A DNA stretch of 64,000 nt from IMG/VR virus record IMGVR_UViG_3300044710_000107, positions 1-64,000 of that record. One strand, given 5' to 3'. Of the stretch, positions 54,229 to 64,000 are shown piece by piece. Numbering within the stretch: position 1 is the stretch's first letter; every line of letters begins with the position of its first letter. The notes beneath the pieces were generated by a model. It saw only the letters and a program-made list of their open reading frames with translations, did not search any database and was not told the origin of the DNA. This DNA is from a virus. The position numbers and the translations under genes were made by a program.

Positions 54229-55028
54229 GCCCTGGCCCTCATGCGTCGCGCGAGCGCGCCCTGGCGCTGGTGTTGGATCCGGCCGCCGCGGCGGAATGGC
54301 GAGCCACCCGGCCCGGGGCCGCCTGCGGTGATGTCGCCGACAGCCTGCGGTCCTGCCGCGGCGTTGATCCCTGGTGATCCGCCGATATTGGATAGGTCGA
54401 TGCCGCCGTTCGCCGCCGCGCCGGCTCCGAGGCCAGCGCCCAACCCGCCGCCGAGGCCTGGTCCGGGACCGCCAGCCGTTATGTCGCCCATTGTGTTCGG
54501 ATCGGCGACGCTGATGCCGCCGACGTTGCTCATCGCTCCGGAAAGCGACTGACCTGCGCCTAGGCCAGCGCCGATGCCGGCGATCGGTTCCGCGCTCGGC
54601 TGCATCGTCGGGCTCGGCCCAGGCGGCGCTGACGGGTTGAGGTAGTCGTAGAGCGCGCCGACGCCGTATTTGCCGCCGACGCTGCCGATGATGCCACCTA
54701 CCGGCCCAGCAAGCATGGTCCCGAGCGCGCCAAGCCCTATGCTTCCAGCCGTCGTTAGAATATCGCGGCCCGTGATGCCGAAGCCGGCGAGACCGCCGCT
54801 TGACGGTCCGGCGACCTGCGCTCCCTGTGATGCGCCTGCCGTTGCTGCGCCGCCGACGTTCGACAGCGCAGCGCCGCCCATGCCGCCGGGCGAGAACTCC
54901 GGCGCGCCGGTTGGGCCGACGTTGAAGCCTGGAGCCTGCGGGCCGGCGTCAACATAACCGCCGGCGTCAAAGCGCCGCACAGGAGCATGCCGCCGCTGCA
55001 ACGCGCCGATGCGGCCCATGTGCATCAT
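54225..55028 (-). CDS. Gly-rich virion protein with internal repeats
   Basis: 'GDITAGGPGPG' x2; glycine-zipper segment. Confidence 0.7.
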   Translation of the reverse strand: MMHMGRIGALQRRHAPVRRFDAGGYVDAGPQAPGFNVGPTGAPEFSPGGMGGAALSNVGGAATAGASQGAQVAGPSSGGLAGFGITGRDILTTAGSIGLGALGTMLAGPVGGIIGSVGGKYGVGALYDYLNPSAPPGPSPTMQPSAEPIAGIGAGLGAGQSLSGAMSNVGGISVADPNTMGDITAGGPGPGLGGGLGAGLGAGAAANGGIDLSNIGGSPGINAAAGPQAVGDITAGGPGPGGSPFRRGGRIQHQRQGALARRMRARA

Positions 55029-55516
55029 TCCGCTGCCTCGGCGAGACGCTGCGGCTTGGCGATCACCTTGGAGTAGACGATCTCGTGCGGCCGGAAGCCC
55101 CAGCGGGCGAGGTAATTGGAGTTCCGACGCCGCGCCTTGGCATGGAACATGACGATGTGCACCCGGAGCTCGCCGGCGAACCGGATGGCCTCATCGATCA
55201 GCAGGCGTCCAACGCCGAGCCTGCGGTATTCCGGTCGCACGTAGATAACGTCGTCGGTCGCGACCATCGCGGCCATGTCACGCGGGTGCCTCGACACCAG
55301 CAGGAACATGTACCCAGCGATCGCGCCGCCGGTGCGCGCCAGGAGGATGTGCAGCACGCCGGCCCGCTCGAGGCTGCGGTAGCGGTCGTGGTCCGGATTG
55401 AGCCGCAGGATATCCCGGTTCGATCCGACCTCCTCCCAGTGCGTGCGGATCAGCGGCCATGCTTCCTCGATGAACCGGTCGTAGGCCGTTCCCCAGGCGA
55501 GATCGACGGCGCTCAC
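55025..55516 (-). CDS. GNAT acetyltransferase in the morphogenesis module
   Basis: 'IYVRPEYRRLGVGRLL', 'RWGF'. Confidence 0.88.
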   Translation of the reverse strand: MSAVDLAWGTAYDRFIEEAWPLIRTHWEEVGSNRDILRLNPDHDRYRSLERAGVLHILLARTGGAIAGYMFLLVSRHPRDMAAMVATDDVIYVRPEYRRLGVGRLLIDEAIRFAGELRVHIVMFHAKARRRNSNYLARWGFRPHEIVYSKVIAKPQRLAEAAE

Positions 55517-55761
55517 CGGCGCTTCCTCTTCGCCAACGCGGCATGCAGCGCGCCCTGTCGCGGCTGCCGATTGCGCGCGGCCTGGTGCAACAGCATCGCG
55601 GCCATGAGGGCGCCCATGATGGGCGACGGCGCTACGATGACGAGGTGATGCGGATGCGACGGCGCGGCCTTGGCGCGGCCACCGCGCGCCATCGGCTGTC
55701 CACGGCCGACCCCGCCAAGCATGATCGGCGATGGGATGCTACCGAAGTCGCTGCTGCGCAT
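55513..55761 (-). CDS. Small basic protein
   Basis: 'MARGGRA...GALHAAL'; GTGA coupling with GNAT. Confidence 0.55.
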   Translation of the reverse strand: MRSSDFGSIPSPIMLGGVGRGQPMARGGRAKAAPSHPHHLVIVAPSPIMGALMAAMLLHQAARNRQPRQGALHAALAKRKRR

Positions 55762-55869
55762 TGACTGCCCCGGCCCTGTGCGGCGAGACGTGTGAAGCGT
55801 CCCGCCGGCCGTCAGAGGACCAGCGCAGGCGGTCAGGCTATCACGGTGCCGTGCCGGAAGGGAAGGGGG

Positions 55870-56661
55870 CTATTCCGGCGCCTTCAGTGCTGGCGGCGGC
55901 CGCGCCGCCTGCATCAGCGGCTCAGGGCGCTTCCAAGTATTTGGGTCGGCCAGAATTTGCTCCCAAACCACCGGATGCTTTTTCTCGAAGTCTGGCCAAC
56001 GGTCGCCGCGCACGAAAACGCCAGCTCTCGGCCGCAGCCATCCCGTTCCGCCACCAGCGATCCACCGTCGTATGTCGACGCGCTGCCGCGTGAAATCGCT
56101 CCGGGTGACGAAGCCGGTGGTGTGCAGCAGCGCCGCGATGCGAAGGGCGCCAATTTTCCAATGCGTCAACTGCGCCGGAGCCGACGCCCCGGCGCGAACG
56201 TCGGGCACGTAGTCGGGCAGGTTGTATCGCCGCACCGGAACCAATTCATGCCAATCATCGCCCGGAGCAAAAAGCCGCCGGTCCTCATTTGGCAACGGAG
56301 GCCAGAACGTTGGCCATGCTGCGTATTTCGGTGCCGCGCCGCGAAACATGACTACGGTTATCGAGCAATGCGGCGCCAGCGCGGCGAGTTCACCAGCTTC
56401 AAATTCCGGCACAAGCGCGGCTCGGTAATCCGGCCCTTCGCGATCGGTGACCCATCGATCCTCGGCGGCTTGGATGAGAACCTTGGCGTTGAGCTTCAGT
56501 TTCGCCTGAACGCCGACTTGGCATCCATCCGCGTTCCGCACCAGCAAGATATCCCAACCCCAGGTCTCCGGATACGCGGTCCACTCCTTTGGGACCGCGG
56601 CGATGAACGCGGCGCAGAGTTCCGTCTCCGTCTTAAACGGCGCCTCTTTCTTCTTCCTCAT
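55870..56661 (-). CDS. Hypothetical protein, possible PD-(D/E)XK-fold
   Basis: 'ETELCAAF...YPET..WDILLV...VGVQAK'. Confidence 0.7.
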   Translation of the reverse strand: MRKKKEAPFKTETELCAAFIAAVPKEWTAYPETWGWDILLVRNADGCQVGVQAKLKLNAKVLIQAAEDRWVTDREGPDYRAALVPEFEAGELAALAPHCSITVVMFRGAAPKYAAWPTFWPPLPNEDRRLFAPGDDWHELVPVRRYNLPDYVPDVRAGASAPAQLTHWKIGALRIAALLHTTGFVTRSDFTRQRVDIRRWIAGGGTGWLRPRAGVFVRGDRWPDFEKKHPVVWEQILADPNTWKRPEPLMQAARPPPALKAPE

Positions 56662-57854
56662 TCCGCAGCATTGCGCACCGCCAACGACCCGTCAAGCCGC
56701 TGCGGATACCGCCGCGTCAGCCAGTCGAGGTCGGTGCGGTCCGGGTGCGGCTCGTACCAGCCGGCCCCGGCATACACGTCCATCACGTCGCGGAAGTAGC
56801 GGTCGTACATCAGCGACACCCGCTCCATCGAATAGTTCGCCTCGGCCCACTGGCGGCAGGCCTCGGGTCTGATGCGGTCGATGTTCCGCGCTGCCCAGAG
56901 CATGTCGGCAAATGTCCGACAGCGGAAGCCGGTCAGCCCATGCAAGTTCGTTTCGGGGAAAACTCCCCAATCCGAGGTGATGATCGGCGTCCCCGACAGC
57001 ATTGCCTCGATCTGCACGCCGCCGAACGGCTCGTTGAACTGGCTCAGGACAAAAACGCCCTTGGCATCGGCCATCAGCCGGCGCCGCATCTCGACATCAG
57101 CATAGCCCACGAATTCGACGTTGCCTGGAACCGGCGGCTGCCCATTCCCGCCATAGCCGGCGTCGGAAAGGCTGCCCTGGCCCGCCACGATGAGCCGAAA
57201 TCCGAGCTTCTCGGCCAATTGCATTACGATATGTAGACCCTTTCCCGTCCCGAGCCTCCCGACGAACAGGAAGTAGTCCTTCTTCACCAGCTGGTAATCG
57301 AATTGGCTCACGTCGAAAAAGTTCGGAATGCACACGTCATAATTGCTGCTGTGCCCGGCCTCGCCTACGGCGGTCAGACCTTGATAGGCTGAAAGGAGGG
57401 CGTAACTTTCAAAGACCTTCCAGCGGGCGAAATATCCTCCTGCGTAGCCGCAGCCCGGCTCAACCGAAATCAGGTCGGGATGCGCGTCGCACACCGGCTT
57501 GTTGCCCGCCCCCCAGGTCGCAAGGATGAAGTCCAGCGGCTCCTTGCGTTTCCAGATTTCCCCGATCGCGTTGCGGAAATAGGTCCGGTAGCAACTGTCC
57601 TCGACATTGAACTTGAACGTCTCACGGCGAAAATCGAAGCCTGGATAGGCGGCGTCCAGATCGCGCTGCGTCGTCACGGCGACCAACTCGTCCGCATCGA
57701 CCGCGGAACGCTCGTGACCATAGAAAAAGACGGTGTGGCCGAGCGACTTCAGCATGGTCGTCAGCTTGCGGGCCTTCTGCGTGTAGGCGCAGGCCATGTA
57801 GTCGTCATTTGCGATCGTGTGCGGCGGGGTCAGCATGTGAAAGCGAAATGCCAT
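56658..57854 (-). CDS. Glycosyltransferase (GT-B, family 4-like)
   Basis: 'FLFVGRL...KG', 'EPFGGVQIEAMLSGTPII' (EX7E). Confidence 0.92.
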   Translation of the reverse strand: MAFRFHMLTPPHTIANDDYMACAYTQKARKLTTMLKSLGHTVFFYGHERSAVDADELVAVTTQRDLDAAYPGFDFRRETFKFNVEDSCYRTYFRNAIGEIWKRKEPLDFILATWGAGNKPVCDAHPDLISVEPGCGYAGGYFARWKVFESYALLSAYQGLTAVGEAGHSSNYDVCIPNFFDVSQFDYQLVKKDYFLFVGRLGTGKGLHIVMQLAEKLGFRLIVAGQGSLSDAGYGGNGQPPVPGNVEFVGYADVEMRRRLMADAKGVFVLSQFNEPFGGVQIEAMLSGTPIITSDWGVFPETNLHGLTGFRCRTFADMLWAARNIDRIRPEACRQWAEANYSMERVSLMYDRYFRDVMDVYAGAGWYEPHPDRTDLDWLTRRYPQRLDGSLAVRNAAE

Positions 57855-57867
57855 CTCGACTATCCAA

Positions 57868-58758
57868 TCAGATCGATATGATTATCGCAACGCCATTGCC
57901 ACCAGGGCCGCCGGCACCGCCGGTCGCACCGGCACCGCCTCCTCCACCGCCGCAGCAAAGACCGCCGCGGCCGCCGGTTCCGGCAATTCCGACGTTATTG
58001 GAGCCGCCCCCGGTGCCGCCTGTAAACTCAAAGCGTCCAGGAAACTGAATTCCGTTCATGCCGGAGTTGTTGCTCGTGCCGCCGGAGCCGCCAGGGATCG
58101 TCGGAAAGTACGCCGCCGCTAGCGTGGTCATCGCACCGCCATTGAAGTTCGTTGTCGTGCAGCCAGCCCCGCCGGAGCCGCCGCCGAACACGAAAAAGTC
58201 GCCCACAGTCGCCGTGATCGCCGTACCATTCGCGCCAGTCTGCGCCCCGCCAGCCTGGCCCGCCTGCCCGGCGTAGGAGAAGAATGATCCAAGATGCCCA
58301 ATGTTGCCGACGAGGCCTGCCCCCGTCGCCGAGGTTGCTGCGCCGCCCGAGGAGCCAGAGCCGTTATTGCCAGCGCCACCGCCGCTGGCGCCGATGATGT
58401 AGAGGCCGTTCGTGTTATTCGGGACCACCGAGATGACGCTGGATTGACCGGCACCGGAATTGCCGCCCCCGATCCCGACAAGCACGTAGAGCTCTTCGGG
58501 CAGAATAAAAGCCGGGCCAGACCAGATTGATCCAGAGCCGGCCGCGCCGCCGCCGCCCCCGCCGCCGGCATTGCCGGCCGCACGGGTGAAGCCGCTGCCG
58601 CCGTTGCCGCCGCCGCCCCCTAGGATCATGTGGACGAGCGTGCAGCCCTTCGGCTTTCTCCACCGCTGCCAGAAGTTCGCGGAACCGCCGGCGTTCGCAT
58701 TGAAAAACTGGACATCGCCGATGCCCTGATCCGGCCACGCGAACTGATCGAACAGCAT
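57868..58758 (-). CDS. Glycine-rich tail-fibre-associated protein
   Basis: 'WRKPKG...GGGGNGG...GGPGGNGVAIIIS'. Confidence 0.8.
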   Translation of the reverse strand: MLFDQFAWPDQGIGDVQFFNANAGGSANFWQRWRKPKGCTLVHMILGGGGGNGGSGFTRAAGNAGGGGGGGAAGSGSIWSGPAFILPEELYVLVGIGGGNSGAGQSSVISVVPNNTNGLYIIGASGGGAGNNGSGSSGGAATSATGAGLVGNIGHLGSFFSYAGQAGQAGGAQTGANGTAITATVGDFFVFGGGSGGAGCTTTNFNGGAMTTLAAAYFPTIPGGSGGTSNNSGMNGIQFPGRFEFTGGTGGGSNNVGIAGTGGRGGLCCGGGGGGAGATGGAGGPGGNGVAIIISI

Positions 58759-59225
58759 CAGTAGTCGCCGCCGGTCACGGTCACCGCCCAGCCGGTTCCG
58801 GCGCTGCCGGTCGACGTCTCGAACGAAACGCAGATGCCGTACTTCGCTGGCAATGTCTCGTTGATCGGGATGATCGGATTTGAGCCTTGCAGCGTCAGGC
58901 TAGTCGTCGTCTGCGGAAGCGAGACTTCGGCGAGCGCGGCCATCGTCGTTGCCGTGTTCGTCGTGCCTCCCGAGAAGCTGGTGCAATCCGCGAGGCAGGC
59001 CCAGAGGCGTGCCTTGGTCGCGGCTGGGCTGCCTACGGGAACGAAGCGCACGGCCCTGACATAGCTTCCCGCGTTCGACCCGGCGAGGAAGCACAGGTAC
59101 ATGTTTGCGCCGGTGCCGTCCTCGGCGGTGTTAGCGCTCGGCCCGACGATCGTGCCGGAACTGTGCGCCTGCGCGCTGTCGATGCGGGGTGCTCCCGTGT
59201 AGATCGGCTGGACATTGGCGGTCAT
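58758..59225 (-). CDS. Tail-associated protein
   Basis: 'MTANVQPIY...VTGGDY'; coupled to the Gly-rich gene. Confidence 0.7.
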   Translation of the reverse strand: MTANVQPIYTGAPRIDSAQAHSSGTIVGPSANTAEDGTGANMYLCFLAGSNAGSYVRAVRFVPVGSPAATKARLWACLADCTSFSGGTTNTATTMAALAEVSLPQTTTSLTLQGSNPIIPINETLPAKYGICVSFETSTGSAGTGWAVTVTGGDY

Positions 59226-59234
59226 CGGTCGATC

Positions 59235-61131
<1,897 letters not shown>

Positions 61132-61135
<4 letters not shown>

Positions 61136-62700
61136 GAGAAGAGCCTCGCCGGGCCGACATCGGAATGTTGCAGGTTCCGGCCGCAGATGTAATTTCCGCC
61201 CAGCACGTTCGACTCGACGTGCAGCCGCATCAACCGAGAGGCCATCGTTGGTGTGAAGCTCGCGAATTGCTCCTGCGGAACGCCCGGAACCTGTGGGATG
61301 ACGATGGCCGGTCCGGAAATCTCCGGCGAACGCGCGTTTGCGGCCCCAACCAACCACGCCGACAGGTCGCCGACTTGCTCGAGGTCTGGCTCGAACTGGT
61401 GAAACGAAACACCCTCGTTCGCCGGGGGCGTCTGTTTCGGGCCGCCGAACCAGCCCGTCTCGAAGAAGCTGCGCACCGGGGTCGACGCGGTGCCGACCAC
61501 CTCATCAAGGCCGGTCTCGTGCTGCCACAGCGAATAGCCGTGCGCGCCCGGAACTGAACCGGCCATCACCGGGAACTTTACGCCTTGGGCGAAATAACCG
61601 GCGCTGCGGCCGCCGTTCGGCAGCGGCGTGTCGTACCAACAGTTTTCGCGCACGTTGAAGATGATGGCGTAGTTCGGGACCGTGCTGCCGAACATGCAGG
61701 CGCACCACCAGATCTCCCCGTAGCGCGGCACCTTGAAAGCGAAGGTCTGCGACTCGTACCCCGGCGTCAGGTTATCGAAAAACCAGTCCTGGTTCTGGCT
61801 ATTCGGCACCTCGACGGCGGTGCCGTTGAACACCAGGAAGCGGTCAACCGCCGCCCAGAAATAGAGCGTGTCGTACTCGATCACCGAGGCGGTGGAGAGG
61901 ATCGAGGCCGATGGCGAGATCGTGTTGAAGGCCCAAGCCGGCGCGCCGCCGATGAAGGTCGCGGTGATCACTTCGGAGAGCGACCAGAACACGGCGGCCG
62001 GGCTTTGTGCACCACCGCCGCGCAGCGGCATGCCGGCGATGATCTTCTGCGCCGAAATCCTGGCGTTGCCGGCGCCGGTCGATCCTTGCGAGACGCCGAG
62101 GTAGAGCGGAAGGTTCGGCGCGCTCCACTGCACGAAGCCGTCGATGTCAAAGCCGAACACGAACGGCGGCACAGCCACGACGCCACCAGCGAGGGTCGGC
62201 TGCACCCAGGTGCCGCTCGGCGGATTCGGGTTGCTGAAGGGCGCCAGGGGCGTGGCAAGATCGATCTGGCCGATGTAGGGCGTGTTCTTCTGCTGGCTGG
62301 CCAGAAACTCCTGATTGGGCACCGCCAAGGCGATGAGCTGCACGACATTGCTGGTGGTGTCGAAGATGGCATCGATCGTCCAGCCGATATTGACGCCGGC
62401 CGGGAACGCAACCGGCGTCCGGTCCAGGATGCTGATCAGGTTTCCCTGGGTGTCCGTGATGAGCTGCTGGATGCCGTTTTGCGTGCCGACGTGGATGATG
62501 ACCTCGTCGCCGCGGTAAAACATATGGACGCGGCGCGGGATGCCATTGAGCGAGCCGGTGATCTGCCGGTAGCCCGGCATCTTACGCGGCCGCCCGAGGC
62601 GCCACCTTGTCCAAAGTGCATCCAGGTAGCGGTTGGCGTCGAGCTTCGTGCCGTCGCGCTGGGTGCCTGGTTGGAAGTCGAGGAGGGACGGCTGCCCCAT
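61132..62700 (-). CDS. Tail tubular/nozzle (packaged-DNA stabilisation) protein
   Basis: 'PGTQRDGT...WTRWRLGRPRKMPGY', 'KVPRYGEIWW', 'LWQHETG'; beta-rich. Confidence 0.78.
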
Positions 62701-62703
62701 GCG

Positions 62704-64000
62704 TCAGTGCCCGAGCGCCAGATAATTGAAGGTCAGCGACTCCGACGCATCGCCGTAGACCGGGACGCCAGCGGCCGCCAGCGCACCAAGGGCTAGTGGA
62801 TGCACCGAGATCGTCCCCGACGCGCCGGTGATCGTAAGCTGCACGTTCAGGCAGGCGGTAGCGAATGGGCTGGCGAAAGAAATCGTGCCGACGCCGCTAA
62901 CCGTCGCGCCAGTCCCCCATTGCTCTACGAGGCCGCCGGGAAGATCTTGGCTGCCGACGACAGTGAGAGTGTTCGCGAACTGCGAGAAATTGACGGCCTC
63001 GTTGCCGGTCGTGCCAGGCAAGGAGACCAGCAGGGATCCGGTTATCGTCGAGTTGCCGGTGACGTCGAGGCCGCCGGCGACCGCAAGTCCGCCGTTGATC
63101 GCGCCGCCACCTGAAACGCCCAGGCCGCCGGCATCGATCATCACGCCGCCCGCAGTCACCACGAAGCCGCCGGCCGTTATCGTCGCGCCGCCAGCGGTCA
63201 CGGTCAGGCCGCCGCTCTCGATGGTGAGCGCCCCCGTCAGCGTACCGCCGCCGATCGGCAGGCTGAGGAACAGCAGCCACCATGCGCCATTCGCATCAGT
63301 GAAGACGAACGCGGACGATCCTTCCGGGATGGTGAAGTCGGCGGCCGCGGAACCGCCCTGGATGGCATCGCTGGCCTGTGGCGACAGGATGACGTCGCCA
63401 CCTTCGGCGAACACGAGGAACGAGAACCGGTTCGTCAGGCTGGTGGTGAGCGGCAGCGTGAGCGTCAGGCCAGCAGTGCACACGAATGCCGTGTTGGTCG
63501 ATGACGGCGCGAGCGTTTGGTCGGTGCTGATCGTCGATTCGGCGATATTGACGCCGGACAATCCGAGGAGCGCCACCACAGCCGTGGTCGTCGGCGCGGT
63601 GAAGATCGATATGCCGACGCTGGTGCCGCCGAGATTGGTCAGCGCGCCGTTCGCGTTGTTGGCACCCGTGCCGCCGGCGAAGATCGGCAGCACGCCAAGC
63701 TGCGCGCCGACGGTAATGAAGCCATCGCCGGTGCAGAAGATAAAGCCGCTGAGAAGCGGGAGCACCTGAAGCGATGACGCGCCATTGATCTCGTCGGACC
63801 CAGAGCACGTGAAAGTCACCGGTCCGGTCCCATCGTTGCGGAATGCGCAGACCCAGCCATCTCCGAGCGTCGCCGAGGCGCCAAGCTGGAGCGTGCCGGT
63901 GGCGCCAGTCCAGTCCAGCACGGTCGAGCGCGCCGAGGCGCCGACGGTACCGGTGCTGCTGACCTCCGTGACAGGCCAGTTGATCTGCAACTGGCTGCCG
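62704..64000 (-). CDS. Tail fibre protein (5' end beyond the window)
   Basis: Frame open to the window edge; 'GGTGA....A..NLG', C-terminal 'LPGGLVEQWG...F..AC'. Confidence 0.8.
   Translation of the reverse strand, partial: GSQLQINWPVTEVSSTGTVGASARSTVLDWTGATGTLQLGASATLGDGWVCAFRNDGTGPVTFTCSGSDEINGASSLQVLPLLSGFIFCTGDGFITVGAQLGVLPIFAGGTGANNANGALTNLGGTSVGISIFTAPTTTAVVALLGLSGVNIAESTISTDQTLAPSSTNTAFVCTAGLTLTLPLTTSLTNRFSFLVFAEGGDVILSPQASDAIQGGSAAADFTIPEGSSAFVFTDANGAWWLLFLSLPIGGGTLTGALTIESGGLTVTAGGATITAGGFVVTAGGVMIDAGGLGVSGGGAINGGLAVAGGLDVTGNSTITGSLLVSLPGTTGNEAVNFSQFANTLTVVGSQDLPGGLVEQWGTGATVSGVGTISFASPFATACLNVQLTITGASGTISVHPLALGALAAAGVPVYGDASESLTFNYLALGH

Noticed and set aside
55762-55869. Self-cleaving ribozyme in the intergenic hairpin
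   Set aside because: No hammerhead CUGANGA/GAAA or other core recognised

Overview
High-GC tailed-phage DNA (podovirus-like; host probably an alphaproteobacterium, by inference), with no host genes, integrase, CI-type repressor, TerL or major capsid recognised in the window. Layout: portal (+, 24-2630); small leftward ORFs with an HNH and a TerS-like gene (2.6-9.7 kb); a rightward cluster of small early-type genes (9.9-13.6 kb); a leftward replication/DNA-metabolism operon (Cro-like HTH, GapR-like, RuvC-like, two adenine MTases, PD-(D/E)XK nuclease, GP88-like, DUF1376 initiator with iterons, T7/Twinkle-type primase-helicase); a divergent rightward operon (DEDDh exonuclease, RecT, HAD, HerA-like ATPase); and a long leftward late operon (tail, collagen-like fibre, glycosyltransferase, GNAT, internal virion proteins, a 3109-aa polyvalent protein, lysis genes with a lipase). 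Most notable: (1) a tRNA-fMet-derived gene split by an HNH ORF that fills the whole insertion and is bounded by 13-nt direct repeats; (2) small alternative-frame genes overprinted inside linkers of the giant polyvalent virion protein, directly after enzymatic domains; (3) a cluster of co-oriented GCGGTGGT (Caulobacter Chi-like) octamers at the TerS/early-gene junction; (4) a glycosyltransferase beside a Thr-rich collagen fibre. All family assignments are from motif recognition by eye, not database searches.
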